DNA of 42,560 nucleotides, from the IMG/VR virus record IMGVR_UViG_3300002461_000092, positions 1-42,560 of that record, one strand, 5' to 3'. The translations under genes were made by a program, and so were the position numbers. Under the pieces are notes generated by a model that had not been told where the DNA came from, searched no databases, and saw only the letters and a program-made list of their open reading frames with translations. This document shows positions 33,128-40,702 of the stretch, one piece after another. Origin of the DNA: a virus. Positions within the stretch are counted from its first letter, which is position 1. Every line of letters begins with the position of its first letter.

Positions 33128-35001
33128 GCAAGGTACTGCTCTTCGACATTGAGACCAACGGCCTCCTGCCCGAGCTTGACCGCATCCACTGCCTCGTCAT
33201 CAAGGACCCCACCACCGGCGATGTGTTCTCCTGTTCCGACGCCCCCGCCCACACCGGACCTTCGGTGGATGATGGGCTACGACTTCTTGAAGCAGCAGAC
33301 GCCATTGCCGGCCACAATATCGTGGGCTTCGACCTCCCGGCCATCTGGAAGATCCACCCCGAGTGGGGTCCCCGGTTTCGTACTGGAGGACCCGGTGTCG
33401 TCCGCGATACGATCGTTATGGCCCGCCTCGTCTGGCCTTCCGAGCGCATCCGAGACATGGACTTCACCCGTGTCGGACGCGGGGTCGCCTTCCCCAAGCA
33501 GCTCATCGGACGCTTCTCCCTAGAGGCGTTCGGCTACCGGCTCGGGGAGTACAAGGGCGACTACAAGGGCGGCTGGGACAGCTGGTCCGCGGAGATGCAG
33601 GACTACTGCGTTCAGGACGTAGAGGTCACGCACCGCCTGTGGGACCGCCTCATCAAGGAGCTGACGGACTGGGGCATCGACCCCCTCGATCCGGCCCCGC
33701 CCGCCGGCAAGGACTGCGTCCAGCTTGAGCACGACGTGGCCCGCATCATCGCCCGGCAGGAGCAGCACGGCTTTGCCTTCGACCGCAAGGCCGCGCTCAC
33801 CCTCATGGGCAAGCTGGCCGGCCGCCGCGCCGAGCTGACCGACGACCTCCAGCGGGTGTTCCCGCCCAAGGTCATCGAGACGCCGTTCATCCCCAAGTCC
33901 AACAACTCCAAGCTGGGCTACCGCAAGGGCGAGCTGTTCATCAAGCGCCGCACCGAAGCGTTCAACCCGTCCTCCCGCCGTCAGGTGGCCGAGCGCCTCA
34001 TGGAGCTTGGCTGGAAGCCCGACGAGTTCAACATGGACGGCACCCCCAAGGTGGACGACGACACCCTGTCCTCGCTCCCCTACGAGCCGGCCCAAGTCCT
34101 TGCCGAGTACTTCATGGTGACCAAGCGATTGGGCGCCATCGGAGAGGGCAAGGAAGCGTGGCTCCGGGCTGACCGGGGCGGGCGCATCCACGGCCGCGTC
34201 GAGACCAACGGCGCCGTCACGGGGCGAATGACCCACCAGCGGCCGAACATGGCTCAGGTGCCCGGCAACGCGGCCCCCTACGGCCACGAGTGCCGTTCCC
34301 TCTTCACCGCTTCCGCGGGCCGGGTGCTCGTCGGGTGTGACGCCGACGCCCTGGAGCTGCGCTGCCTCGCGCACTTCATGGCCCGCTACGACGGCGGCGC
34401 GTACATCGAGACGGTCCTCGCCGGGAAGAAGGAGGAGGGCACGGACATGCACACCCTCAACGCCAAGGCGCTGGGGTGCGACCGTGACACCGCCAAGACG
34501 TGGTTCTACGCCTTCATCTACGGGGCTGGGGACTGGAAGCTGGGCTACACCCTGACCGGCAAGAAGGGTCCCCGCCGCAAGATCGCGGCCATCGGGGCCA
34601 AGGCCCGTGAGGACTTCCTCGCCGCCCTGCCCGCCATGGGCAAGCTGGTGAAGGCGGTCAAGGCCGCTGCCAAACGAGGATGGCTTCTCGGCATCGACGG
34701 CCGACACATCTCGATCCGGTCGGACCACGCCGCCCTCAACTCGCTCCTCCAGTCGGCCGGTGCCGTCGTGATGAAGCGGGCGATGATCCTTCTGGATGCC
34801 GCCGCCGCCCACGCTGCCGCCTCTTGGGAGTTCTCGGCCAACGTCCACGACGAGTGGCAGATCGACGCCGAGCCCATGGTGGCCGAGGAGCTGGGCCGCT
34901 GCGCTGCTAGCTCTATCGCCTACGCCGGAGACTTCTACAGCTTCCGGTGCCCCCTCAAAGGCAACCATGTCATCGGCAAGAACTGGGCCGAAACCCACTG
35001 A
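33118..35001 (+). CDS. family A DNA polymerase with 3'-5' exonuclease domain (T7 gp5-like)
   Basis: ExoI LLFDIETNGL, motif A GCDADALELRCLAHF, motif B RDTAKTWFYAFIYGAG, motif C ANVHDEWQ. Confidence 0.95.
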   Translation: MQLSKVLLFDIETNGLLPELDRIHCLVIKDPTTGDVFSCSDAPAHTGPSVDDGLRLLEAADAIAGHNIVGFDLPAIWKIHPEWGPRFRTGGPGVVRDTIVMARLVWPSERIRDMDFTRVGRGVAFPKQLIGRFSLEAFGYRLGEYKGDYKGGWDSWSAEMQDYCVQDVEVTHRLWDRLIKELTDWGIDPLDPAPPAGKDCVQLEHDVARIIARQEQHGFAFDRKAALTLMGKLAGRRAELTDDLQRVFPPKVIETPFIPKSNNSKLGYRKGELFIKRRTEAFNPSSRRQVAERLMELGWKPDEFNMDGTPKVDDDTLSSLPYEPAQVLAEYFMVTKRLGAIGEGKEAWLRADRGGRIHGRVETNGAVTGRMTHQRPNMAQVPGNAAPYGHECRSLFTASAGRVLVGCDADALELRCLAHFMARYDGGAYIETVLAGKKEEGTDMHTLNAKALGCDRDTAKTWFYAFIYGAGDWKLGYTLTGKKGPRRKIAAIGAKAREDFLAALPAMGKLVKAVKAAAKRGWLLGIDGRHISIRSDHAALNSLLQSAGAVVMKRAMILLDAAAAHAAASWEFSANVHDEWQIDAEPMVAEELGRCAASSIAYAGDFYSFRCPLKGNHVIGKNWAETH

Positions 35002-35008
35002 GGGGTGG

Positions 35009-35284
35009 GTGTACGTGATCGCTAACCCGGCATGGCCGGGCTACGTGAAGATCGGCACCGCCCTCGACCTTAAAGACCGCCTCAAGGTCTACAACACCGG
35101 CTCCCCGTTCAGAGACTTCGCCATCACCGCCGCGGCCCGCTTTAAGGACCGGAGGGCGGCTGAGCGCCGTCTTCACGGGGAGCTTAAGGGCCTCAGGGTG
35201 GGGCGCACCGAATGGTACAACCTCCACCCCCTCGACGCCCGCAACCACCTCATAAGGCTGACAAAGCAGGAGCACTGTCAATGA
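35009..35284 (+). CDS. GIY-YIG superfamily / T5orf172-like domain protein
   Basis: 91 aa from GTG 35009. The sequence reads YVIANPAWPGYVKIGTALDLKDRLKVYNTGSPF...ERRLHGELKGLRVGRTEWY. I trimmed the track ORF 34796..35284, which overlaps the polymerase gene. Confidence 0.55.
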   Translation: MYVIANPAWPGYVKIGTALDLKDRLKVYNTGSPFRDFAITAAARFKDRRAAERRLHGELKGLRVGRTEWYNLHPLDARNHLIRLTKQEHCQ

Positions 35285-35448
35285 GCATCGCAGAGGAGAA
35301 AGCATGGGCCAGCGCCCTCGCTACCAAGTACGGCATCAGAGAGCCGACACGCGCCCGCCTGACGTGGGCCGAGGACTACGACGCCTTCCGGCAGGCCCAA
35401 GAATGGACGACTGGGCCGACACCAGCCACCACGGCTACGGCATCGTAG
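35281..35448 (+). CDS. hypothetical 55-aa protein
   Basis: The ATG overlaps the previous stop (ATGA). GC3 drops over the last ~15 codons, where the ORF overlaps the next one. Confidence 0.35.
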   Translation: MSIAEEKAWASALATKYGIREPTRARLTWAEDYDAFRQAQEWTTGPTPATTATAS

Positions 35449-35570
35449 TCCATGAGGGAGACGACACCCCCGAGTGGTACGACACCGGCATCCTCGACCC
35501 CGCCGGCGACCCGATCTACGGGCGCATCTACCGGCCTCAGGTCGGCTTCATCCACCGAGATGACGAGTGA
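35403..35570 (+). CDS. hypothetical 55-aa protein
   Basis: GC3 is very high. The stop overlaps the GTG start of the exonuclease gene. I trimmed the start from 35304. Confidence 0.45.
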   Translation: MDDWADTSHHGYGIVVHEGDDTPEWYDTGILDPAGDPIYGRIYRPQVGFIHRDDE

Positions 35571-36328
35571 CCCGCACGCTCCTCATCGACGCTGACATTT
35601 TCGTCTACCGCGCCGCCTTCGCCTGCCAGCGGGACTACGACTGGGACGGGGACGGCGACAAGGCCAGCGTCACGGACTTCGAGGAGGCCAAGCTGGCCTT
35701 CCAAGACCTTGTGGACGGCGCCCTAGCCGACGCCGACTGGCCGGACTACGTCATCTGCCTGTCCGACAGCGAGCCCTGCTACCGCCGCGACTTCTACCCC
35801 ACCTACAAGGGCAACCGGAGCAACCGTCCGGTCCTCTACTCGGACCTCCGGCAGTGGATCATCGACCAGCCGAAGTGGCGCACCTACCTCCGCCCCCGGC
35901 TGGAGGCAGACGACATCCTCGGCATCCTCGCGACCCACCCGAAGCTCATCCCCGGGCAGAAGATCATCTACTCCGGTGACAAGGACCTCCGCCAAATCCC
36001 CGGCCTGCACCTCGACGTGCGGGACGGCGACATGGTGACGGTCACGCCCGAGGAGGCGGAGCACTTCTTCCTTGCCCAGGTCCTCACCGGCGACCCCGTG
36101 GACAACTACCCCGGCTGCCCCGGCATCGGCCCCGTCAAGGCCGCCCGCATCCTCGACACCGACGCCCCGTGGCCGGCCATCGTGGCCGCTTACGAGGCCA
36201 AGGGTCTGACCGCCGACGACGCCCTCATCCAAGCCCGCTGCGCCCGCATCCTCAGGGCCACCGAGTACGACTTCAAGAACAAGGAACCGATCCTCTGGAA
36301 CCCACCCGCTGCGTCCACTGTGGCGTAA
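35567..36328 (+). CDS. 5'-3' exonuclease (T7 gp6-like, FEN family)
   Basis: LLIDADIFVYRAAF, GDKDLRQIPG, and the H3TH motif GDPVDNYPGCPGIGPVKAARIL. Confidence 0.9.
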   Translation: MTRTLLIDADIFVYRAAFACQRDYDWDGDGDKASVTDFEEAKLAFQDLVDGALADADWPDYVICLSDSEPCYRRDFYPTYKGNRSNRPVLYSDLRQWIIDQPKWRTYLRPRLEADDILGILATHPKLIPGQKIIYSGDKDLRQIPGLHLDVRDGDMVTVTPEEAEHFFLAQVLTGDPVDNYPGCPGIGPVKAARILDTDAPWPAIVAAYEAKGLTADDALIQARCARILRATEYDFKNKEPILWNPPAASTVA

Positions 36329-36363
36329 CCAGCACTGATCCCTGCCTCACTGCCGCGTACGCA

Positions 36364-36756
36364 ATGGGGTGCAACCAGCTCTACAGGACGGCCCTGACCA
36401 AGCCTGATCCGGTCCCCTCGCCGGTGTCCGGGGCCACTGTCGGGGTCAAGTTCGACAACGACAAAGCCGACCTGTCCCTCCTAGCCTACATCCCCGCCGA
36501 CGCTCTGGCCGAGATCGGTCAGGTGTTGGACTTTGGCGCCAAGAAGTACGACACGGACAACTGGCTCAAGGGGTTTGCGTGGCGGCGGCTCATCGCGGCC
36601 GCGTTCCGCCACCTGCTGGCGTGGTCCAAGGGGCAGGACAAGGACCCCGAGACCGGCCTCTCGCACCTCGCCCACGCCGCCACCTGCCTGATCTTCCTCA
36701 TGACGCACCAGCGCCGGTCCCTCGGCACTGATGACAGGATCAAAAGCGTCGCATGA
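36364..36756 (+). CDS. DUF5664-like protein (dATP/dGTP diphosphohydrolase N-terminal-domain-like)
   Basis: 130 aa. FDNDKADLSLLAYIPADALAEIGQVLDFGAKKYDTDNWLKG...RHLLAW...DPETGLSHLAHAATCLIFL matches my recollection of that family. I trimmed the start from 36169. Confidence 0.5.
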   Translation: MGCNQLYRTALTKPDPVPSPVSGATVGVKFDNDKADLSLLAYIPADALAEIGQVLDFGAKKYDTDNWLKGFAWRRLIAAAFRHLLAWSKGQDKDPETGLSHLAHAATCLIFLMTHQRRSLGTDDRIKSVA

Positions 36757-37013
36757 CCAGCGCCCGCATCGACCGCACCGGGGGGCAATCTGGCCCCTCG
36801 GGATTTAAGTCATACACTTGCCTAACGCCGACCGAAGTTCCCCTCAAGGTTCCACCTATCGAGGATGTTCTGGTCGCGTACCTCAATCATGCGTTCCCCG
36901 ACAGCCTACGTCTCGTGTCCACCCTCGGCTCAATCGAGGCGGCCCACGGCGCCCGTGCAGTCGTGGACCACATGATTGAGCTTTATCGACAACAGAACAC
37001 AAAGGACACCTGA
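36753..37013 (+). CDS. hypothetical protein (contains the late promoter candidate)
   Basis: 86 aa. The ATG overlaps the previous stop (ATGA). There is no in-frame start downstream of the promoter. Confidence 0.4.
   Translation: MTSARIDRTGGQSGPSGFKSYTCLTPTEVPLKVPPIEDVLVAYLNHAFPDSLRLVSTLGSIEAAHGARAVVDHMIELYRQQNTKDT
36803..36825 (+). promoter_or_regulatory. phage RNAP promoter candidate P-late (ATTTAAGTCATACACTTGCCTAA)
   Basis: 21/23 identical to 16328-16350. It lies about 450 nt upstream of the portal gene, embedded in a small ORF. Confidence 0.7.
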
Positions 37014-37016
37014 CGC

Positions 37017-37274
37017 ATGTGTTTCGGAGGGGGCTCAACCCCACCCCCGCAGCAGGCCCCCGCTCCGCCCCCGCCGGACCCGATGGAGGCCCCCGCTGCC
37101 CCGGCCTTCAACGAGGATATGACCAGCGCCACCAACGCCGACGCGGCCGTCTCCGGCTCCCGGCGAGGCCGCAAGGCCCTCCGCGTTGACCTCAATGCAG
37201 GCACCCGCACCAACACCCAGGCCGCCAATCAGGCCGCCTCCAGCTCGACCTCGGGTCTCAACATCCCGACCTAA
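37017..37274 (+). CDS. small Pro/Ala-rich protein upstream of the portal (T7 gp6.7/7.3 position)
   Basis: 85 aa, MCFGGGSTPPPQQAPAPPPP...SRRGRKALRVDL...SGLNIPT. AAGGA lies upstream. The stop overlaps the portal start. Confidence 0.5.
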   Translation: MCFGGGSTPPPQQAPAPPPPDPMEAPAAPAFNEDMTSATNADAAVSGSRRGRKALRVDLNAGTRTNTQAANQAASSSTSGLNIPT

Positions 37275-38902
37275 TGGCAGAGCGCACCTCGGTGCCCACG
37301 GCCGGTGCCGCTGCAACAGCAGCCTCCCGCTACGAGGCACTCAAGCGGCATCGCGACCCCTTCCTCATTCGGGGACGCCAGTGTGCCGCTCTAACCGTTC
37401 CGTACCTGTGCCCCCCTGAGGGCTTCAACGTACACTCCCAACTCCCCACGCCGTTCCAGAGCCTCGGTGCTCGTGGCGTCAGGACCCTCAGCTCCAAGCT
37501 GCTGATCTCCCTCTTCCCACCCAACACGCCCTTCTTCAAATACTCGGTTGACGATCTCACGATGCGTCAGCTTGAGCAGCGTCAGGGAGATCAGAACGGG
37601 CTCCGCGGCGAAGTGGAAGCCGCACTCTCCGCCCGTGAGCGGGCCATCCTACAGGAGATGGAGAGCGCCCTCTTCCGCACGACCGCCTACACCGTCTTCC
37701 AGCACCTCCTCGTCACCGGCAACGCTCTCGTGTACGTCCCCAAGACCGGCCGCTCCCGCGTGTTCCGGCTGGACCAGTACGTCGTCCGGCGTGGCCCCGA
37801 AGGCGGGCTGCTGGAGCTGATCATCCACGAGAAGGTGGCCCCGGCCTCCCTCCGCGACAAGCTCCTCCGCGGCGCTGATGTCCCCGCCCCCGGCGCGGCC
37901 AGCGACGAAGAGCACCTCGACCTCTACACCGTGATCCTCCGCGAAGGCGACCGCTGGGTTGTCCACCAAGAGCTGGAAGGCGCCCTCGTCCCCGAGACGG
38001 ACGGCTCCTACACCCTCGACCAGCTCCCCTGGCTCCCCCTCCGCCTCTCCATCCAGCCGGGTGAGAGCTACGGCCGGTCCTATGTGGAGGAGTACCTCGG
38101 TGATCTCGACAGCCTTGAGGGGCTCGTTGAGACAATCGTTGAGGGCTCGGCAGCCGTCGCTCGGGTGGTCTTCATGGTCTCCCCCAACGGCTCCACCAGC
38201 CTCCGCTTGGTGTCCTCCGCCCGCTCCGGTGACGTGATCCCGGGCGAGGCGAACGACGTGAGCACCATTCAGGCCCAAAAGCAGGCAGACCTCGGTGTCG
38301 CCCGCCAGCAGGCCACCGAAATCGCCCAAGGCATCTCCGCGTCCTTCATGCTCAACTCCGCGATCCAGCGGACGGGTGAGCGCGTCACGGCCGAGGAGAT
38401 CAGGTACATGGCCGCCGAGCTGGATGCTGCCCTTGGCGGCGTCTACACCCTCCTCGGTGGCGAGTTCCAGCTTCCCGTAGTCAACCTCTTCTCCACCCGC
38501 ATGGAGAAAAACCGCAACGTCCCCGCCCTCCCGAAGGACATGGTGCAGCCCACCATTGTCACGGGCATGGAGGCCATCGGACGGGGCCAGAACCAGCGCA
38601 ACCTCAGCCTCTTCGTCAAGGAGATCATTCAGGTGGTCGGCCCCGAGCTGGCCTTCCGCAAGATCAACCTCGATGAGTTCCTCAAGAGGGCCGCCGCGGA
38701 CTACGGCATCGACACGCAGGGCCTCATCGTCTCCGACGAAGAGCTGGCCCAGCAGCAGCAACAGCAGATGCTCATGCAGATGATCCAGCAGCTTGGCCCC
38801 GACGCCATCACGCAGCTGGGCGGCATGGGCAAAGAGGTGGTCAAGGGCGCTGTAGCCCAGCAGACCGCCGCCCCCACACAAGGAATGAACCCCAATGGCT
38901 GA
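37274..38902 (+). CDS. portal (head-to-tail connector) protein (T7 gp8-like)
   Basis: 542 aa. RYEALKRHRDPFLIRGRQCAALTVPYLCPPEG...LGARGVRTLSSKLLISLFP is collinear with the T7 gp8 N-terminus. Confidence 0.93.
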   Translation: MAERTSVPTAGAAATAASRYEALKRHRDPFLIRGRQCAALTVPYLCPPEGFNVHSQLPTPFQSLGARGVRTLSSKLLISLFPPNTPFFKYSVDDLTMRQLEQRQGDQNGLRGEVEAALSARERAILQEMESALFRTTAYTVFQHLLVTGNALVYVPKTGRSRVFRLDQYVVRRGPEGGLLELIIHEKVAPASLRDKLLRGADVPAPGAASDEEHLDLYTVILREGDRWVVHQELEGALVPETDGSYTLDQLPWLPLRLSIQPGESYGRSYVEEYLGDLDSLEGLVETIVEGSAAVARVVFMVSPNGSTSLRLVSSARSGDVIPGEANDVSTIQAQKQADLGVARQQATEIAQGISASFMLNSAIQRTGERVTAEEIRYMAAELDAALGGVYTLLGGEFQLPVVNLFSTRMEKNRNVPALPKDMVQPTIVTGMEAIGRGQNQRNLSLFVKEIIQVVGPELAFRKINLDEFLKRAAADYGIDTQGLIVSDEELAQQQQQQMLMQMIQQLGPDAITQLGGMGKEVVKGAVAQQTAAPTQGMNPNG

Positions 38903-39041
38903 CGCCGCAAAGCCCGCCCCCAAGGCGGACCCGAAGAAGGTGAACATCGAGGAGGCCGCCGCCGTTTCGGCCGGTGAGTTCCTCAGTGAACCGAAGTCCG
39001 AGACCCGCCTCTCCAACGGTACGGTTGTCCAGACCTTCTGA
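38895..39041 (+). CDS. hypothetical 48-aa protein between portal and scaffold (below the ORF-track cutoff)
   Basis: MADAAKPAPKADPKKVNIEEAAAVSAGEFLSEPKSETRLSNGTVVQTF. It overlaps the portal 3' end by 8 nt. Its stop overlaps the scaffold ATG. Confidence 0.45.
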   Translation: MADAAKPAPKADPKKVNIEEAAAVSAGEFLSEPKSETRLSNGTVVQTF

Positions 39042-39865
39042 TGGTTGACCGCGTAGACCTCGCCCCGCCGCCGGCCGATCCGGTGGTGGGGGCTGAGGCC
39101 CCTCAGGGCAATGACCGCCCGGCTTGGCTCCCCGCCGAGTTCACTTCCGTCGAAGACTTCACCAAGTCCTACGCCGACACCAAGGCCGAGCTGACCCGCA
39201 AATCGCAGGAGTTGGCTTCCCTCCGCAAGGAGCCTGACCCGCCCGCTGAGGGCGATCCGCCGCCGGCCAAGCCCGACGCCCCCAAGACCCCCGAAGGTGC
39301 CGCCCTTGAGATCAAGGACGAGGTGCAGGACAAGCCCGCCGATGGCCCGACCATGGAGGACTTCGCTCCCTACCAGCAGGAGTTCGTCCAGACCGGCGAC
39401 GTGGCCCCGGAGAACCGCGAGAAGATCGCGGACAAGCTCAAGCCCCTCTTCGGTGACATGGCCCTCGCCGTCGTCAACGACTACATCGAGGGCTCCAAGG
39501 TCCGCCGTGACGCCACCACCAGCGAGCTGATGAGCGCCGCGGGCGGGGCCGAGCAGTACGGCGCCATGATGGGCTGGGCCAAGGACAACCTCAGCCAGCC
39601 CGAGAAGGAAGCCTACAACCGACAGGTCAACTCCGGCGACGTCCATTCCGCAAAGTTCGCCATCGAGGCCCTTCGAGCCAAGTACGAGAAGGTAGCCGGC
39701 CGCGAGCCCAAGCTGGTCGCAGGCGACGGCACCATCACCCCCGCCCCCAATGGCGCGTTCAAGTCCGTGCAGGAGATGACCGCGGCCATGAAGGACCCCC
39801 GCTACGCAAAGGACCCGGCCTACCGCGCCACGGTCCTTGAACGAGTGAAGCTCTCCAACCTCTGA
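39041..39865 (+). CDS. capsid assembly (scaffolding) protein (T7 gp9 position)
   Basis: 274 aa, acidic and helical with a Pro-rich segment. It lies between portal and capsid. Confidence 0.7.
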   Translation: MVDRVDLAPPPADPVVGAEAPQGNDRPAWLPAEFTSVEDFTKSYADTKAELTRKSQELASLRKEPDPPAEGDPPPAKPDAPKTPEGAALEIKDEVQDKPADGPTMEDFAPYQQEFVQTGDVAPENREKIADKLKPLFGDMALAVVNDYIEGSKVRRDATTSELMSAAGGAEQYGAMMGWAKDNLSQPEKEAYNRQVNSGDVHSAKFAIEALRAKYEKVAGREPKLVAGDGTITPAPNGAFKSVQEMTAAMKDPRYAKDPAYRATVLERVKLSNL

Positions 39866-40566
39866 TGAACCGCGCGACCTTCTTCGCCCGAGTTCGCGGC
39901 CCGCTCTTTGGTGGCCGCCTCACCGCCTCTCAGGTGGCTGGCATCGAGCGCATCCTTGACGAAGCGCAGAAGCGTCAGACGCCCCTCTACTGGCTCGCCT
40001 ACATCCTCGCCACCTGCTACCACGAGACGGCCCGCACCATGCAGCCGATCCGTGAGTTCGGCAGGGGGCGAGGCAAGCAGTACGGCAAGCCCACCAAGCA
40101 CGGTGGCCAGATCGCCTATGGGCGCGGCGACGTGCAGCTCACGTGGGACTTCAACTACGATCGGGCCGACAAGGAGCTTGGCCTCAACGGGGCCCTGATC
40201 CGCAACTACGACCTTGCCCTCGACCCCGCCATCTCCGCCCGCATTATGTTCACCGGGATGGAGGAGGGCTGGTTTACCGGCCGCAAGCTGACCCCCGGAC
40301 CCGCCACCTACAAGACTTGGCGCCGGATCATCAACGGCACCGACAAGGACGACGAGATCGCCGCCATCGCGGTGAGCTTCGAGGCCGCTCTCCGAGCCGC
40401 CGGCTACGGGACCGCACTGGATACGTCCACCGCCCCCGTGGCCCCGGCACCCCAGCCGTCGCCCGCCGAGGCGCCCGCTTCCACCCCCTCCCAGCCGGCA
40501 CCGGCACCGGCGCCCAAGCAGGGCTTCTGGTCCCGAGTGATGGCCAACTGGAAGAAGCAGTCATGA
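39865..40566 (+). CDS. glycoside hydrolase family 19-like endolysin with a Pro/Ala linker and cationic amphipathic C-terminus
   Basis: CYHETARTMQPIREFG and AYGRGDVQLTWDFNY match the GH19 catalytic Glu pair and the YGRG.IQLT..NY signature. The tail is APAPQPSPAEAPASTPSQPAPAPAPKQGFWSRVMANWKKQS. Confidence 0.7.
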   Translation: MNRATFFARVRGPLFGGRLTASQVAGIERILDEAQKRQTPLYWLAYILATCYHETARTMQPIREFGRGRGKQYGKPTKHGGQIAYGRGDVQLTWDFNYDRADKELGLNGALIRNYDLALDPAISARIMFTGMEEGWFTGRKLTPGPATYKTWRRIINGTDKDDEIAAIAVSFEAALRAAGYGTALDTSTAPVAPAPQPSPAEAPASTPSQPAPAPAPKQGFWSRVMANWKKQS

Positions 40567-40616
40567 TCCGCGCCCTCATCGCCCTGATCATCGCCAACTG
40601 GAGGAAGTTCAAGTGA
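40563..40616 (+). CDS. 17-aa hydrophobic/cationic mini-ORF (MIRALIALIIANWRKFK)
   Basis: There is an ATGA overlap with the endolysin stop and a GTGA overlap with the next ORF. Every third codon position is G or C. Confidence 0.4.
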   Translation: MIRALIALIIANWRKFK

Positions 40617-40702
40617 ACTACGCCATCCCGATCCTTCTCCTCGGCGTGGCGGCCGTTTGCTGGGCGGCCCTTGCGGTCATCGCCAAGGGAATGAGCCGAT
40701 GA
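40613..40702 (+). CDS. 29-aa single-TM mini-ORF (MNYAIPILLLGVAAVCWAALAVIAKGMSR)
   Basis: Coupled on both sides, with high GC3. Confidence 0.4.
   Translation: MNYAIPILLLGVAAVCWAALAVIAKGMSR

Noticed and set aside
35403-35448. A programmed frameshift joining the overlapping ORFs 35281..35448 and 35403..35570.
   Set aside because: There is no slippery sequence in the 46-nt overlap. The GC3 pattern simply switches to the second frame at its own ATG, so two small overlapping genes, or a spurious tail on the first, is the simpler reading.
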